This document shows positions 31,384 to 42,370 of a stretch of DNA of 64,000 nucleotides, piece after piece (positions within the stretch are counted from its first letter, which is position 1; each line of letters starts with the position of its first letter). The notes under the pieces are model-generated. The model did not search any database, was not told the DNA's origin, and saw only the letters and a program-made list of their open reading frames with translations. Source of the DNA: Polyangiaceae bacterium (GTDB lineage Bacteria; Myxococcota_A; Polyangia; Polyangiales; Polyangiaceae); contig JBILLK010000003.1 in NCBI GenBank assembly GCA_044376115.1, positions 64,001-128,000 on the forward strand, given 5' to 3'. A program made the translations under genes and the position numbers.

Positions 31384-33138
31384 ATGCAAAGCCGCCTCTT
31401 TCGTCCGCTGCTCGCGCTTTTTGCAGCAGCTCTTCTCTCGAGTGTCGTAGCGATCCTCAAGCCTGAGTTTGCCGCTCATGCCTGCTTCGCAAACGCGTTT
31501 GCTGCCATTTTGATTTTGGTTGGCGGGGGTGGTGGTGGGGAGTCTCTCCAGCCCATCAACGATGCTGTGCGGCTAGCTCGGCGCGGCAAGCCGGCTCAAC
31601 TGCCGGAGCACGCCTCCCCGCAGCTTTCGGCAGCGATCGAAGATATCAACCGGCTCACTGAAGAGCGCGAAGAAGCAAAGTCGGCCAAAGAAGCGCTCGA
31701 GATGCAACTCTCGGAAGCGAGGGAGCTGACCGCTCGCGCGACGCGTGAGGCGGCCGAGTCGAGCTCGAGACTGCAGCTTGAGCTCGAGGCTCTGCGAGAG
31801 GAAGCCAGGCGGGCCAAGGAGGGCGGCCTCAAGGTATCCGACCTGCGCGATCCGGTAAGAACGCTCTCGGACGCAGTGGTGGAGTGTGAAGGCTCCCAGC
31901 CCAACATCCTCGCGGCTTCGGTGGATCTCGTTGGCCACGTTCGCACGGTCAACCAGACCTTGGTGGAGGTCTACCAGTCGATTGAGGCGCTTGCCACGAA
32001 CGCCGAGGAGTCGAGTTCGAGCATTCTCGAGATGACCACCACCAACGAGGAGGTCGCTCAAAACGTTGCTGAGCTGGCAGCGAGCGTGCGCGAGACGGCC
32101 ACAAGCATCGAGGAGATGGCGTACTCGATCCGTGAGGTCGCAAGAAACATCGATGCCCTCTCGCTCACGGCCGAAGAGACCAGCTCATCCATGAACGAGA
32201 TGGATGTTTCGATCGACCAGGTTCAGTCGAACGCGAACGAGACCGCTCGCCTTTCGGAAGAGGTTGCACTCGACGCAGAGCGCGGGGCTGAGTCGATCCT
32301 CAAGACCATTGGCGAAATCGGTCGCATTCGTGAGTCGAGTCAGGAGGCGGTGAGCGTCATCTCGAACCTTGGTACGCGCATCGATGCCATCGGTCAGATT
32401 CTTGCTGTAATCGACGACGTTGCCGAGCAGACAAACTTGCTCGCTCTCAACGCAGCCATCATCGCTGCCCAAGCTGGTGAGCACGGAAAAGGCTTTGCAG
32501 TCGTCGCCGACGAAATCAAAGATCTGGCGGAGCGAGCCGGCGGCAGCACCAAAGAGATCGCGGAGCTGATCAAGACCATCCAAGCCGAGTCGCGCAATGC
32601 CATCACCGCTGTAGAACGTGGTGCGCAGAACGTCTCGCGCGGCGTTGAAGTCTCCAATGAGGCTGAACGTGCACTGAAGAAGATCCTTGAGAGTTCCCAG
32701 AAGTCCACCGCGATGGTTCGGGCGATTGCCCGAGCCACGGTTGAGCAAGCGAAGGGTTCAAAGCAGGTTACCGACGCCATCGGTCGAATTGCTGAGACTG
32801 TTCAGCAGATCGCGGCCGCTACCGCGCAACAAGCTCGCGGCTCCGATCAGATCATGAAGAGCGCTGAGAAGATGCGCATGATTACGCAGCACGTCGAACG
32901 ATCCAGCCAGGAGCAGGCGCGCGGTGGTCGGCAGATTACGAGCTCGATCGAGCAGATCTCGTCGATGGTCAACACGCTCAATGCGTCGCAAAGAACGCAA
33001 CGGCGCTCGGGCGAAATGCTGGTCGACGTAGCGCGCAAGGTCGAGGACCTGTCGAAGGGTCAACAGGAGCAGTTGCGCGGCGTTCGGACAGCGTACGCGC
33101 GGCTTGAACGCACGCTTACCGACAAGACTGAGAGCTGA
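31384..33138 (+). CDS. Methyl-accepting chemotaxis protein
   Basis: [37 protein letters not shown] hairpin; two N-terminal hydrophobic helices. Confidence 0.95.
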   Translation: MQSRLFRPLLALFAAALLSSVVAILKPEFAAHACFANAFAAILILVGGGGGGESLQPINDAVRLARRGKPAQLPEHASPQLSAAIEDINRLTEEREEAKSAKEALEMQLSEARELTARATREAAESSSRLQLELEALREEARRAKEGGLKVSDLRDPVRTLSDAVVECEGSQPNILAASVDLVGHVRTVNQTLVEVYQSIEALATNAEESSSSILEMTTTNEEVAQNVAELAASVRETATSIEEMAYSIREVARNIDALSLTAEETSSSMNEMDVSIDQVQSNANETARLSEEVALDAERGAESILKTIGEIGRIRESSQEAVSVISNLGTRIDAIGQILAVIDDVAEQTNLLALNAAIIAAQAGEHGKGFAVVADEIKDLAERAGGSTKEIAELIKTIQAESRNAITAVERGAQNVSRGVEVSNEAERALKKILESSQKSTAMVRAIARATVEQAKGSKQVTDAIGRIAETVQQIAAATAQQARGSDQIMKSAEKMRMITQHVERSSQEQARGGRQITSSIEQISSMVNTLNASQRTQRRSGEMLVDVARKVEDLSKGQQEQLRGVRTAYARLERTLTDKTES

Positions 33139-33185
33139 GCGAGGCGCTCGCGCGTCCCAGTTTTTTGCTTCTCAACGGGTGGAAC

Positions 33186-34664
33186 ATGAACGCCGATCTA
33201 CTGCTCGCGATCGACCAGGGAACCACAGGTACAACCGCACTCGTGATGGATCGCGAGGGGCAAACACTCTCGCGAGCGACGGAGGATTTTCCGCAGCACT
33301 TCCCCAAGCCAGGTTGGGTTGAGCACAACCCGGAGGAGATTTGGCTGAGCGTTGAGCGTTCTGTGGCGCGTGCGCTCGGTGATGCCTTGGGTGCGAGAAT
33401 CGCTGCAATCGGTATCACCAACCAACGAGAGACATCGTTGCTATGGGATCGTAGTAGCGGCACGGCCATTCACCCCGCGATTGTGTGGCAAGACAGGAGG
33501 ACGGCCGATCGTTGTTTGGAACTTCGAAACGCGGGTCACCTCGAGCTCGTGCGCGAGAAAACGGGCTTGGTGCTCGACCCTTACTTCAGCGGTACCAAGC
33601 TCGAGTGGTTGCTGAGGAACGTCGATGGCGCCCGGGCTGCTGCGGCGGCTGGCAAGCTTGCCTTCGGGACGATCGACTCGTACCTGGTGTGGAAGATCAC
33701 CGGGGGGGCTCACGTGACCGACGTAACGAATGCGTCACGCACCCTGTTGATGAACCTCACCAGCTGCGCGTGGGACTCCGACATGCTGGAGCTCTTGTCC
33801 GTCCCGCAGAACGTTTTGCCAACGATCGTCGCGAGTGCTGGCGTGATCGGGGTCACCAAGTCCTTCGCGGGTTTGCGTGACGGCATTCCCATCGCAGGAA
33901 TCGCCGGGGACCAACAGGCGGCACTCTTTGGGCAGGGCTGTTTTTCTCCTGGAGAGGTCAAATGCACCTACGGCACCGGAGCGTTCGTCCTGAGCAACAT
34001 CGGCGCAAAACCAAAACCGAGCTCGGTTGGGCTCCTAACCACGGTTGCGTGGCGGCTTGGGGATGAGACCACCTACGCTCACGAGGGCAGCTCTTTCGTA
34101 GCCGGCGCGGCTGTTCAATGGCTGCGAGATGGGTTGGGCTTGATCCGTTCCGCTGGGGACATCGAGCCACTGGCCTGCGGGGTATCCTCGAGTGGCGGCG
34201 TGGTCTTCGTTCCAGCGCTAGCTGGGCTCGGAGCCCCTTATTGGGATGCTGAAGCACGCGGGCTTATTTGCGGGTTAACTCGTGGCAGCACGGCGGCCCA
34301 CATAGCTCGTGCGGTGCTGGAGGGAATTGCTTTTTCGGTAGCGGACCTGCTGGATGCGATGGGAGAGGCAACTCCGCTCAAACGCATGCGGGTCGACGGC
34401 GGCGCCGCGGCCAACTCGCTCTTGATGCAGATGCAGTCAGACTTCTCCAACATCTCGATCGAAAGGCCCCGTGAGCTTGAGTCGACGGCTCGCGGCGCAG
34501 CCATGCTCGCCGGTGTGGGCGCAGGCTTGTTCGGGTCGCCCGCGGAGGCCCTTTCAATGTCCCGCACCGAGCGCACCTTTACGCCGGAGATGAGCGCAGA
34601 GGACCGCAACGGCGCCAAACGTCTCTGGAGTACGGCCATCGCCCGCGCGCGGCTAACCGGATGA
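33186..34664 (+). CDS. glpK: Glycerol kinase
   Basis: AIDQGTT, GITNQRET, IVWQDRRT, PYFSGTK, GDQQAALFGQ, KCTYGTG. Confidence 0.97.
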   Translation: MNADLLLAIDQGTTGTTALVMDREGQTLSRATEDFPQHFPKPGWVEHNPEEIWLSVERSVARALGDALGARIAAIGITNQRETSLLWDRSSGTAIHPAIVWQDRRTADRCLELRNAGHLELVREKTGLVLDPYFSGTKLEWLLRNVDGARAAAAAGKLAFGTIDSYLVWKITGGAHVTDVTNASRTLLMNLTSCAWDSDMLELLSVPQNVLPTIVASAGVIGVTKSFAGLRDGIPIAGIAGDQQAALFGQGCFSPGEVKCTYGTGAFVLSNIGAKPKPSSVGLLTTVAWRLGDETTYAHEGSSFVAGAAVQWLRDGLGLIRSAGDIEPLACGVSSSGGVVFVPALAGLGAPYWDAEARGLICGLTRGSTAAHIARAVLEGIAFSVADLLDAMGEATPLKRMRVDGGAAANSLLMQMQSDFSNISIERPRELESTARGAAMLAGVGAGLFGSPAEALSMSRTERTFTPEMSAEDRNGAKRLWSTAIARARLTG

Positions 34665-34901
34665 AGCACCAACTGCCTTTCGTCGGAATGAAACTTGAGC
34701 AAGCACGGTTGACCCCAAGCCGAAGGGAAGCGTGTTATGAATCGAGCTCAGACCGCCGCAGAAACAGCCATCGTTCGTTCGTTCGACAGTCGTCCAGCGG
34801 ACCAGTACGGCAAGTTGGTACGCCTGGAACGACGCAGTCGTGCCGACCGGAGCGAATCCAAAGTACGATTGGATGTCGGTGGGAACGTGAGTGAGGAATC
34901 G

Positions 34902-35714
34902 ATGCCCAATCAGGAAAGCACGACCGGAGGAGAAGCCAGCATCAGCTCCGGCTTGACGTCTGGCGAGCAGAGCGCAGAACCGGAAGCCCCCACAGGACCG
35001 CTTCGGGATGTTCCGGTCGACTGGGAGGCGCTTGAAGACGCCTTCGAGAACAACGCCCCGGAGGTCCACTCGTATCTGCATCTCGGCACGGGAGATGTTT
35101 TGCGAATCGTCGACGGTGTCGCCGATCCGCAGATGCATGCGCGTATTGCGGGCGATGCGAACTACCTGCGCATCGATCCGGTGAGCTCTAGGGAGCAGTA
35201 CCGCTGGATGGAGCGCTACATCCCGATGGTCGAGGACGATGAACTGCAGCGCAAGCTCACGCAGGCGATCGACGGAAAAGGCGCGTTCAGGCGCTTCAAA
35301 GACGTACTCATGTCACACGCACCTGAGCGGGAGCGTTGGTTCTCCTTCCGCTCCGAGCGGCTTCGGATCTTCATGGAGGCCTGGCTCTCGGCGCACGCGC
35401 TTGCGCCTGTGGCGCGAGCCGTATGGCCGACCGAAACGCCCGACGCTGCGCCAACGCCCGTGGGCGCCGAGCCAGCGGCTTCGCCGGAGGCAGCACGCAC
35501 AGAACGGCGCGGTCGAAACGCAGAGTCGCTGCGGCGTACGCTGCGCGACATAGCTGAGTCGCTTGGGCCGCGGGACCTCGACACGCTTGTAGCGTTTGCT
35601 GAGTTCGTGCGAACACGACGAGCAACGAAAGCCTTTGCGAACCACCCTGAGGGCGAGCGGGAGGACGATACTCCGGGCTCACAGGAGCAATTGGCTGCCG
35701 TATCCGGGGACTGA
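34902..35714 (+). CDS. UPF0158 family protein
   Basis: VDWEALEDAFE..YLHLGTGDV..YRWMERY..LTQAIDGKGAFRRFKDVL..RERW; start is uncertain. Confidence 0.85.
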   Translation: MPNQESTTGGEASISSGLTSGEQSAEPEAPTGPLRDVPVDWEALEDAFENNAPEVHSYLHLGTGDVLRIVDGVADPQMHARIAGDANYLRIDPVSSREQYRWMERYIPMVEDDELQRKLTQAIDGKGAFRRFKDVLMSHAPERERWFSFRSERLRIFMEAWLSAHALAPVARAVWPTETPDAAPTPVGAEPAASPEAARTERRGRNAESLRRTLRDIAESLGPRDLDTLVAFAEFVRTRRATKAFANHPEGEREDDTPGSQEQLAAVSGD

Positions 35715-35725
35715 GTGGTCCTGCG

Positions 35726-35920
35726 CTAGGGTGGCGCTAGACTAGGTCGGTGGTGGTTCTTCAAAAGGCGCCGTCCGTCATGCTGGTAGCCCTGTTTCTT
35801 CGTGGCTTCTGGCTCGAGGTCTCGACGGACGACGCCGGGCGTACTCACGCGCGGTACCTTTACGGTGCTCGGCAGATATCGAAGGTGGCGGTAGGTCGAG
35901 CATAGGTTGCGCATGGGCAT
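35726..35920 (-). CDS. Possible small basic hypothetical protein
   Basis: ATG-started 64-aa ORF that fills the gap after the folP-cdaA-cdaR operon; no recognisable motif or RBS. Confidence 0.3.
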   Translation of the reverse strand: MPMRNLCSTYRHLRYLPSTVKVPRVSTPGVVRRDLEPEATKKQGYQHDGRRLLKNHHRPSLAPP

Positions 35921-35939
35921 GAGCCACGTCGGTCGAGGC

Positions 35940-36653
35940 TCACTTGACCCACTGAATGACGAGCCGGCTCCGGGCCTGCTGCCAAAAATCGTCTACTGCC
36001 GCCGTTAGGCGTTGTCCCATCACCCAGCGCTTGAGGGGCTCAAGAATCGTATCGAACGCCTTGTCGGTGAAGGGCGTTTTCCCTGAGGCATGCAGCTCGC
36101 GCAGCTCGAGTTCTGTTGGTTCCAACAGTGGCGCGACCATCCGCTCGAGATAGAAGCTCGCACGTGCCGAGCGCCGCAGGAGGCCGGCTAGCTCATCGGC
36201 GCCGATCCGTTCACGTTGCATCGCCGCTTCCAGCCGCTCGACTCCACCCACGCGGATCTCCAGCGCCCTCCTGCTCAACTCGGCACGCTTTGCAATCTCG
36301 GTCGGCTCGACCTCCGGCGTGACCGGCAGGCTTTGCAAGAGCTCCTCAGTGACGTGTCGTGAGAGCGCCAAGCGAATGGGCCGATCGACGAGCTTTGCGT
36401 CTGGAGGCTCACCCAGCGCCATCGCCTCGATGCGAGCCTCAAAGGCGAGGATCCGAGCAAAGATGAGCCGCTCTCGCACGCGCTTTTCAGCGCCTTGCTC
36501 GATCAAACGCCACTTCGCCACGACCCGGTCGAGGCGAACCGGCTTGGTCGAGCTTGCGCCGGATTCATCTGCGTACACGTTCTCGCTGCTGTGCAACGCA
36601 CAGAGCGAAAGCAGGCTCGCGAAGCCGATCGAGCGCCAGCGGGCGTTCACCAT
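35940..36653 (-). CDS. Exported hypothetical protein, SurA N-terminal-like
   Basis: Signal peptide, LDRVVA, helical body, C-terminal WQQARSRLVI; overlaps the cdaR stop. Confidence 0.55.
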   Translation of the reverse strand: MVNARWRSIGFASLLSLCALHSSENVYADESGASSTKPVRLDRVVAKWRLIEQGAEKRVRERLIFARILAFEARIEAMALGEPPDAKLVDRPIRLALSRHVTEELLQSLPVTPEVEPTEIAKRAELSRRALEIRVGGVERLEAAMQRERIGADELAGLLRRSARASFYLERMVAPLLEPTELELRELHASGKTPFTDKAFDTILEPLKRWVMGQRLTAAVDDFWQQARSRLVIQWVK

Positions 36654-37576
36654 TTCACAAGAACCTCTTTGGGCTCCAGCTCAACGGTGGCTCCTTGAAG
36701 CGTCCAAACGACACGTGCAATGCGGCTGCCCTTCTTCGATGTATCAACGTCGGATGGTAGCTCGACGCGCGGCACGATCTGGTTGGTGTCGAGCCCCGTT
36801 ACGAGATCTGGGGCTCCGGTTACGCGCACGGTGACAAGCTCTGGCTTGGTCGTCGCCTCGGGAAGGCCCACGACCTCAACGCGTACGGCCTTGAAGCTTA
36901 CCGTCTTCTTCTCACGCATCACCTGCACTGCAGCGAGCACACTCGCGACGTTGTAGTCGACTCCCTGCGGCGGCAGATTCAGCGGTAGCGTCCGTTCATG
37001 AAAGCCTTCCCCGAGCTCGGTCGAGTCGAAGGTATCGGCACGGGCGACCTGCATCAGATCCACGATGGTTCGGGGACCCGTGGCTTGGACGGTTTGCGGG
37101 GTAACCACGACCTGCCCAACCACACTGTGCCCGGAAGCGACTTCACCGCTGCGCGTTGCGCTTACAGGCAACTCGCGTGAGACGATGTCGTCCCAGCGCA
37201 GGTCGATCCGAGCCGGAAAAACCTGCACCACCTCAACTCCCTCTGGCACGTTCGGGATCATCGCGGCTGTGAGCGGCACTTCGTTCTCATGGCCGGTCGA
37301 TAGATCGAGGGTCAGCGTCCCCAGATCGCGCGACAGCGACTCCAACATGGTACGGGGGCCACGCAGCGTGACGCTGATTTGTGAGGGAGGCTCTTTGACG
37401 AGGACCCGCCGCGCCGTCACGGGCGGTTCTGAGTAGTTGACCGCAACATCGAAGCGGCGTTCTTCACGCTCTGAGCCGCGCAAAAAGATGAAGAAGCCAA
37501 ACGCGAGCACAAATGAGAGTGCCTTGAGACCAAGGTTATCCAGCAGACCGTAGAACAGGCCGCCCTGATTGCTCAC
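36647..37576 (-). CDS. cdaR: YbbR-domain protein CdaR
   Basis: NLGLKALSFVLAFGFF anchor and repeated V.V.G.P beta modules; directly downstream of cdaA. Confidence 0.88.
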   Translation of the reverse strand: MSNQGGLFYGLLDNLGLKALSFVLAFGFFIFLRGSEREERRFDVAVNYSEPPVTARRVLVKEPPSQISVTLRGPRTMLESLSRDLGTLTLDLSTGHENEVPLTAAMIPNVPEGVEVVQVFPARIDLRWDDIVSRELPVSATRSGEVASGHSVVGQVVVTPQTVQATGPRTIVDLMQVARADTFDSTELGEGFHERTLPLNLPPQGVDYNVASVLAAVQVMREKKTVSFKAVRVEVVGLPEATTKPELVTVRVTGAPDLVTGLDTNQIVPRVELPSDVDTSKKGSRIARVVWTLQGATVELEPKEVLVKW

Positions 37577-38706
37577 GGGTCCTCCGTTGAAGCCAATGCA
37601 GCTCGTTGGCGCGACCCGAGCGGGGGATTGTCATCCTCATCTTCGTCCTCGAGCTCGTCCTCGGCTTTGGTGCCCCCCTTCGGCATCGGCATCACGGACA
37701 TCTTCGCGCGAGGTGTTTCAATTCCAGCGCTGCGCACCGCTTCGAGCTTCAAGCGCTCGGCACGCACGGATTTGCGAACGGTTGGGAGCGGCGTCTGAGT
37801 CGGAGCGATCGACTCTCGCGCAAGTTCCCGAGGCGGTTCTGAACGTGGCCCCGATCCAGCGACTGTTGATTTGGGAGCCGAGACGACCGCCTTTTCCTCC
37901 TCGGAGCTAGCCTTCTTGCGACCGTCTTCAAGCAGGTCGATCAGGGTCTGGCGCAATACCGAGCCATCGATGTTGGTAACGATGTTTCCGTTGAAGCAGT
38001 AGCTGATGGTGCCGCGTTCCTCGCTCACGACGACCACCACGGCGTCCGTCTCTTCCGTGATGCCGAGAGCTGCGCGATGCCGACTTCCCATACTCGAGTC
38101 GAGCTGGCGCCCATCGGGCATTGGGAAGAAGACGCCGGCTCTTGCGATCTTGAGGTCACGAATGATGACAGCTCCGTCGTGGAGCTTGTTGACCGACTCC
38201 GGATAAAAGAGCGAGACGAGCAGCTCGCGCGTTACCGCCGCGCCAATGAGTACACCTTCACTCTTGGTGAACTCCATCAAGCTCGCGTCTTGCTCAAAGG
38301 CGATCAAGGCGCCGATACGGTGCCGAGCGAGTTCTGTGACGGCGACCACGACCTCATCGATCACCCGGGACTGTTCAAGCTTACGGCGCCGCCCAAACCA
38401 GGCGCGGCCACCAACTCGGATGAGCGCTCGTCGGATGTCGTTCTGGAACACGACCACAACGATCAGGATGATTGATGAAAGGACATACGAGAGCAGGGTC
38501 TGAAGGGTGACCAGGCCAACCGCTTTGGCCCCGACGTAGAGCAACAGAATGAGCATCAGCCCGGTGCCCATCTGCATCGCACGCGTGCCGCGCACCACCA
38601 GCAGCGCTCGATAGATGAGATACGAAACAATGCCAATGTCGAGGAAGTCTCTCGCAACGTCCGTGCTCGAACGGCCAGCGAAGAGGCGACTCAACCAATC
38701 AAACAC
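37573..38706 (-). CDS. cdaA: Diadenylate cyclase CdaA
   Basis: 3 TM helices, VVFQNDIRRAL, LHDGAVII (DGA), GSRHRAALGITEETDA (RHR), VSEERG. Confidence 0.96.
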   Translation of the reverse strand: MFDWLSRLFAGRSSTDVARDFLDIGIVSYLIYRALLVVRGTRAMQMGTGLMLILLLYVGAKAVGLVTLQTLLSYVLSSIILIVVVVFQNDIRRALIRVGGRAWFGRRRKLEQSRVIDEVVVAVTELARHRIGALIAFEQDASLMEFTKSEGVLIGAAVTRELLVSLFYPESVNKLHDGAVIIRDLKIARAGVFFPMPDGRQLDSSMGSRHRAALGITEETDAVVVVVSEERGTISYCFNGNIVTNIDGSVLRQTLIDLLEDGRKKASSEEEKAVVSAPKSTVAGSGPRSEPPRELARESIAPTQTPLPTVRKSVRAERLKLEAVRSAGIETPRAKMSVMPMPKGGTKAEDELEDEDEDDNPPLGSRQRAALASTEDP

Positions 38707-39562
38707 TGGCGACCGCCTCTCGGAAGGCGAGCGCTTGAGCTACTTGTGCGACGTCGTGTACGCGCAGCACGGAAGCGCCCTTGTCCGCTAGTAGCAGACA
38801 GGCTGCAACCGTTGCTCCGAGCCGTTCCGCTGGCTCACACGGGCGAAAGCCAGCGACCAAGAATGACTTGCGACTGGGGCCGACCAACAGGGGATGACCA
38901 CGTTTGACGAGCTCCTCGAGCCGCACGCAAAGTGTCAGCGAATGGGCTGCGTTCTTGTGAAAGCCGAGCCCAGGATCGAGGTAAATCAGCTCCGGATCTA
39001 GGCCCGTGCGGGCCGCCCGATCGCAAGCCTCCCGCCACTCCCGCCAAACGTCCTCCACCACGTCGGAATAGGCGTCCCGGGGCGTGCTCGAGAACCCTGC
39101 CATCTGCGTCATCGAGCCACGGCTATGCATCAAGCAGAGTTCGGCTTCAAAGCTGCGAGCCAGCTCAGCAAGCTCCCGCGCCGGTCCCAAATCCACGCTG
39201 TTGACCATGCATGCGCCCTGCTTGAGGGCATGCTCCGCGACCTCGGGTAACGTCGTGTCGATAGAACAAGCGATGTCCTGCGCAACAAGCAGCGAAATTA
39301 GTTGGCCCACGCGCTCGATCTGTTCCGCCGCGCTTACCGCCCGCGCACCCGGCCTCGTCGACTCAGCGCCAATATCGACAATGTCGGCACCGTCCTCCAC
39401 CAACGTACGGGCGTGGTGAAGAGCCATCGGCTCGTCGAGGAACCGGCCTCCGTCCGAGAACGAATCGGGAGTGCAATTGAGCACACCCATGAGGAGCGGC
39501 ACCCGACGAGCGCGAATCTTGTCGCGCAGGTGACCCACCCCAAAGTGGTACCAACCCATCAC
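38699..39562 (-). CDS. folP: Dihydropteroate synthase
   Basis: MGVLNCTPDSFSDGG, DIGAESTRPG, DPGLGF, SRKSF, LRVHDV. Confidence 0.97.
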   Translation of the reverse strand: MMGWYHFGVGHLRDKIRARRVPLLMGVLNCTPDSFSDGGRFLDEPMALHHARTLVEDGADIVDIGAESTRPGARAVSAAEQIERVGQLISLLVAQDIACSIDTTLPEVAEHALKQGACMVNSVDLGPARELAELARSFEAELCLMHSRGSMTQMAGFSSTPRDAYSDVVEDVWREWREACDRAARTGLDPELIYLDPGLGFHKNAAHSLTLCVRLEELVKRGHPLLVGPSRKSFLVAGFRPCEPAERLGATVAACLLLADKGASVLRVHDVAQVAQALAFREAVASV

Positions 39563-39579
39563 CCAATGGGCAACGAGGA

Positions 39580-41502
39580 TCAGCCGTTCTTACGAAGCAA
39601 GAACAAGAGCCCCAAACCTACGACCACGATGGCAGCACCAATGGCAATCCCAAGAAACAGGGCCATGCCGCCGCTCAAGCGCTTTTGCGGAGACGGCGTC
39701 CAGACTGCAGGCTGATCCGCGTGAGGTTTCGACAGCTCCTCCTTCGGCGGCGCTGACTCTTCTTCCTCTTGGAGAGTGATCGGAACAAGTTCACTGGTTG
39801 GTCGCCTAACCGGACGATCTTCTTTTTCAGCAGCCGCAGCCACCGCCACTGCCTGCTGTGCGATCGCCAGCTCTTCTGCATCCACGCGAAGCGTTTCAGC
39901 GAGCGCTAGATTCTGCTTAGCCGACGCCGTCTTGGCGGAGGCTGAAGCTTCGGTCACCACTGCAGGGGCTGGCTTTACCTTAGGAACGGCGGGAGCTTCG
40001 GGCTCGGAGACTGCCGTACGCTCGTGGGGATGGGGGGTAGGCTTGGCGGGTGTGTCCGCAGGCTTGGGTGCGTCTGCAGGCTTGGGCGCGTCCTTCGGCG
40101 CCGTAACCAACGTGGGCTCAACGCTCTCTGGGCCGGCGACGGTGGGTACTGCGATGCCGCCCTTGAGCGCCTTCTCCATCTCAGCGGCTCGCGATAGCCG
40201 TTGATTGTCAGCGTCCGGTGGAGGCTTGACCATCGTGGCCGCCTCCTCGTCGTCATCGTTCATGTTCGGGCGCGGCGCGTTGAGGGAGGTCTCCTCATTC
40301 GCCAACGACTGCATCGTTTGAGACAGGCTCACCGCCCGGTTTTGTCCGGCGCGTACGACGGGTATGGCGGGCTCCTTGGCACCAGCCGTCGGAGTTTCAA
40401 CGCGTCGAGTCGCAGGTTGAGCCGACGAGGAAGCCTCGGCCTCTTTCCCGAAGGAGCTCGGAAAGATGTCGTCGGGAACCTCAATGTTCAGCGTGGGAAA
40501 TGCCATCCCCGCGTCGGCAGGATGCGTCTCGATCACCAAGGTCCGGTTTGGTTCGACCTCTGGTTTAGCTGCAGCGGGCTCAACGATCGCAAGCACTCGC
40601 AGCACTTCCATCTCCATCTCTTCAGCGCTCTGTTGGCGCTGGACGGGATACTTTGCGAGCGCCCGGAGGATGAGCTTCTCAACCTCGGGGTGAATCTTCC
40701 CGAAGTCACTCGGGGGGCGTGGCGCCTCATTGACATGGCGCATAACGACTTGCATCGGCGTCTCACCAAGAAACGGCACACGACCCGTGATCAACTCATA
40801 AAGTAGGACACCGCACGCATAGACGTCGGTACGGGCGTCGACGGGCTCCGCGCGGCCTTGCTCTGGCGCCATGTACGCGGGCGTTCCGACGATGGTCCCC
40901 ACGCGTGTGAGCATCGACTTCTCTTGCGTCATCGGTTCAGCGCGCGAATCAACCGGCGCCTTATCACCGTCGTCGTCGAGGATCTTCGCTATCCCGAAGT
41001 CGAGCACCTTCACGAAGTCTTGCTGCATCAACCCCGGGATGGGCTGAGCGACGCCCTCGGGGATCTTCACGAGCATGATGTTGTCGGGCTTGAGATCCCG
41101 ATGAATGATCGACTGCTTGTGCGCAGCAGCGAGGGCGCGGCAGACCTGCGCCACGATGCGTAGTGCACGCCCCTCGGTGATCTTCTTCTCCCGGTGCAGA
41201 AGCATCGCGAGGTCGAAGCCCCTGAGGAGCTCCATCGCCAAGAACACGTAGCCCTGGTCAACGCCGAACTCCAGAATCCGCACGGTGTTGGGATTCTTGA
41301 GAATGGAAGCGGCCTTGGCCTCACGACGGAAGCGGCGCACGAACCGGGACTCTTTGGCGAGCTCCGGGTTCATGATTTTGATCGCTACTTCGTCATTGCC
41401 GGCCAAACCGCGGTAGACGGTGGCCATGCCTCCTTCGCCGATGACTCCGGTAAGCCGGAACCGGTCAGCGAGGGTCAGTCCGATGAGTGACGTGTCGGGC
41501 AT
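39580..41502 (-). CDS. Eukaryotic-like Ser/Thr kinase with long Pro/Ala-rich linker and C-terminal TM helix
   Basis: GEGGMA, VAIK, HRDLKPDN, DFG, GTPAYMAPE. Confidence 0.96.
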   Translation of the reverse strand: MPDTSLIGLTLADRFRLTGVIGEGGMATVYRGLAGNDEVAIKIMNPELAKESRFVRRFRREAKAASILKNPNTVRILEFGVDQGYVFLAMELLRGFDLAMLLHREKKITEGRALRIVAQVCRALAAAHKQSIIHRDLKPDNIMLVKIPEGVAQPIPGLMQQDFVKVLDFGIAKILDDDGDKAPVDSRAEPMTQEKSMLTRVGTIVGTPAYMAPEQGRAEPVDARTDVYACGVLLYELITGRVPFLGETPMQVVMRHVNEAPRPPSDFGKIHPEVEKLILRALAKYPVQRQQSAEEMEMEVLRVLAIVEPAAAKPEVEPNRTLVIETHPADAGMAFPTLNIEVPDDIFPSSFGKEAEASSSAQPATRRVETPTAGAKEPAIPVVRAGQNRAVSLSQTMQSLANEETSLNAPRPNMNDDDEEAATMVKPPPDADNQRLSRAAEMEKALKGGIAVPTVAGPESVEPTLVTAPKDAPKPADAPKPADTPAKPTPHPHERTAVSEPEAPAVPKVKPAPAVVTEASASAKTASAKQNLALAETLRVDAEELAIAQQAVAVAAAAEKEDRPVRRPTSELVPITLQEEEESAPPKEELSKPHADQPAVWTPSPQKRLSGGMALFLGIAIGAAIVVVGLGLLFLLRKNG

Positions 41503-41566
41503 CGGGGATTGGGGAGCCGAGAATACACGAGCGCGGTTAAGGTAACCGCATTTCTTCCCGAGGTTG

Positions 41567-42307
41567 TTAGCGGACCGCCGAAACCCGCGCAGTTGCGTCT
41601 CGCCAGCGCCGCACAACCTCGTAAAGCTCCCCCAAGTTTTCGAGGATTACGTCAGGTTTGGCAGCGACCAGACGCTCTCGAGGGGTGTACCCGGAGGCAA
41701 TTCCGACCACTCTACAACCCGCTCGGCGGGCAGCTTCGACGTCCTGCGGGCCATCCCCGACCATCACCAACGACGCGGCTCCTACGTCCAACTTCGCCGC
41801 CAATGCTAGTAAAGGGCTGGCCGACGGTTTTTTCTCCGGCCCGTCACCCCCAGCATAAATCGCTCGAAAGCGGGTCCTGACGCCGAGCCTCGCGAGGATG
41901 GCGTCCGTCACTCGACGGTCCTTGTTGGTGCATAGACAGATCGGCAAATCGAGCTCGGTGATCTTGTCGAGGATTGATGGCGCGCCTTCCACCCACTTAC
42001 TGAAGTCAGTGGGGTGGTCCACGTAATAGTTGAGGAACGCGTCGAGCAAGCTGTCGAGCTCCGCATCCGCCTCTGAAAGGCGCGATGCTCTCGCCAACAA
42101 GGTTCGTGCGCCGTCGCCCACGAACGTGGCGATGGTGCTCGCTGGTAACGCCCTGCGTCCGGAGCTCAGAAGTGAATGGTTGACGGCCGCCGCGATGTCC
42201 CCGCGGCTGTCGATCAGGGTGCCATCAAGATCGAAGACAACCGCGCCTATCGAGAACTCTCGAGGTTTGGCTTGCGAGTCAGATAACAAATCGCGAGAGC
42301 TAGCCAT
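41567..42307 (-). CDS. HAD family hydrolase (phosphoglycolate phosphatase-like)
   Basis: FDLDGTLIDS, TNK, KKP, VGDGPQD. Confidence 0.9.
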   Translation of the reverse strand: MASSRDLLSDSQAKPREFSIGAVVFDLDGTLIDSRGDIAAAVNHSLLSSGRRALPASTIATFVGDGARTLLARASRLSEADAELDSLLDAFLNYYVDHPTDFSKWVEGAPSILDKITELDLPICLCTNKDRRVTDAILARLGVRTRFRAIYAGGDGPEKKPSASPLLALAAKLDVGAASLVMVGDGPQDVEAARRAGCRVVGIASGYTPRERLVAAKPDVILENLGELYEVVRRWRDATARVSAVR

Positions 42308-42370
42308 CCGCAAAGGCGACCATAGCCGAGCAGACACCAGAAAGGCACCGTTTGTAGGAAGCGGCGGGCC

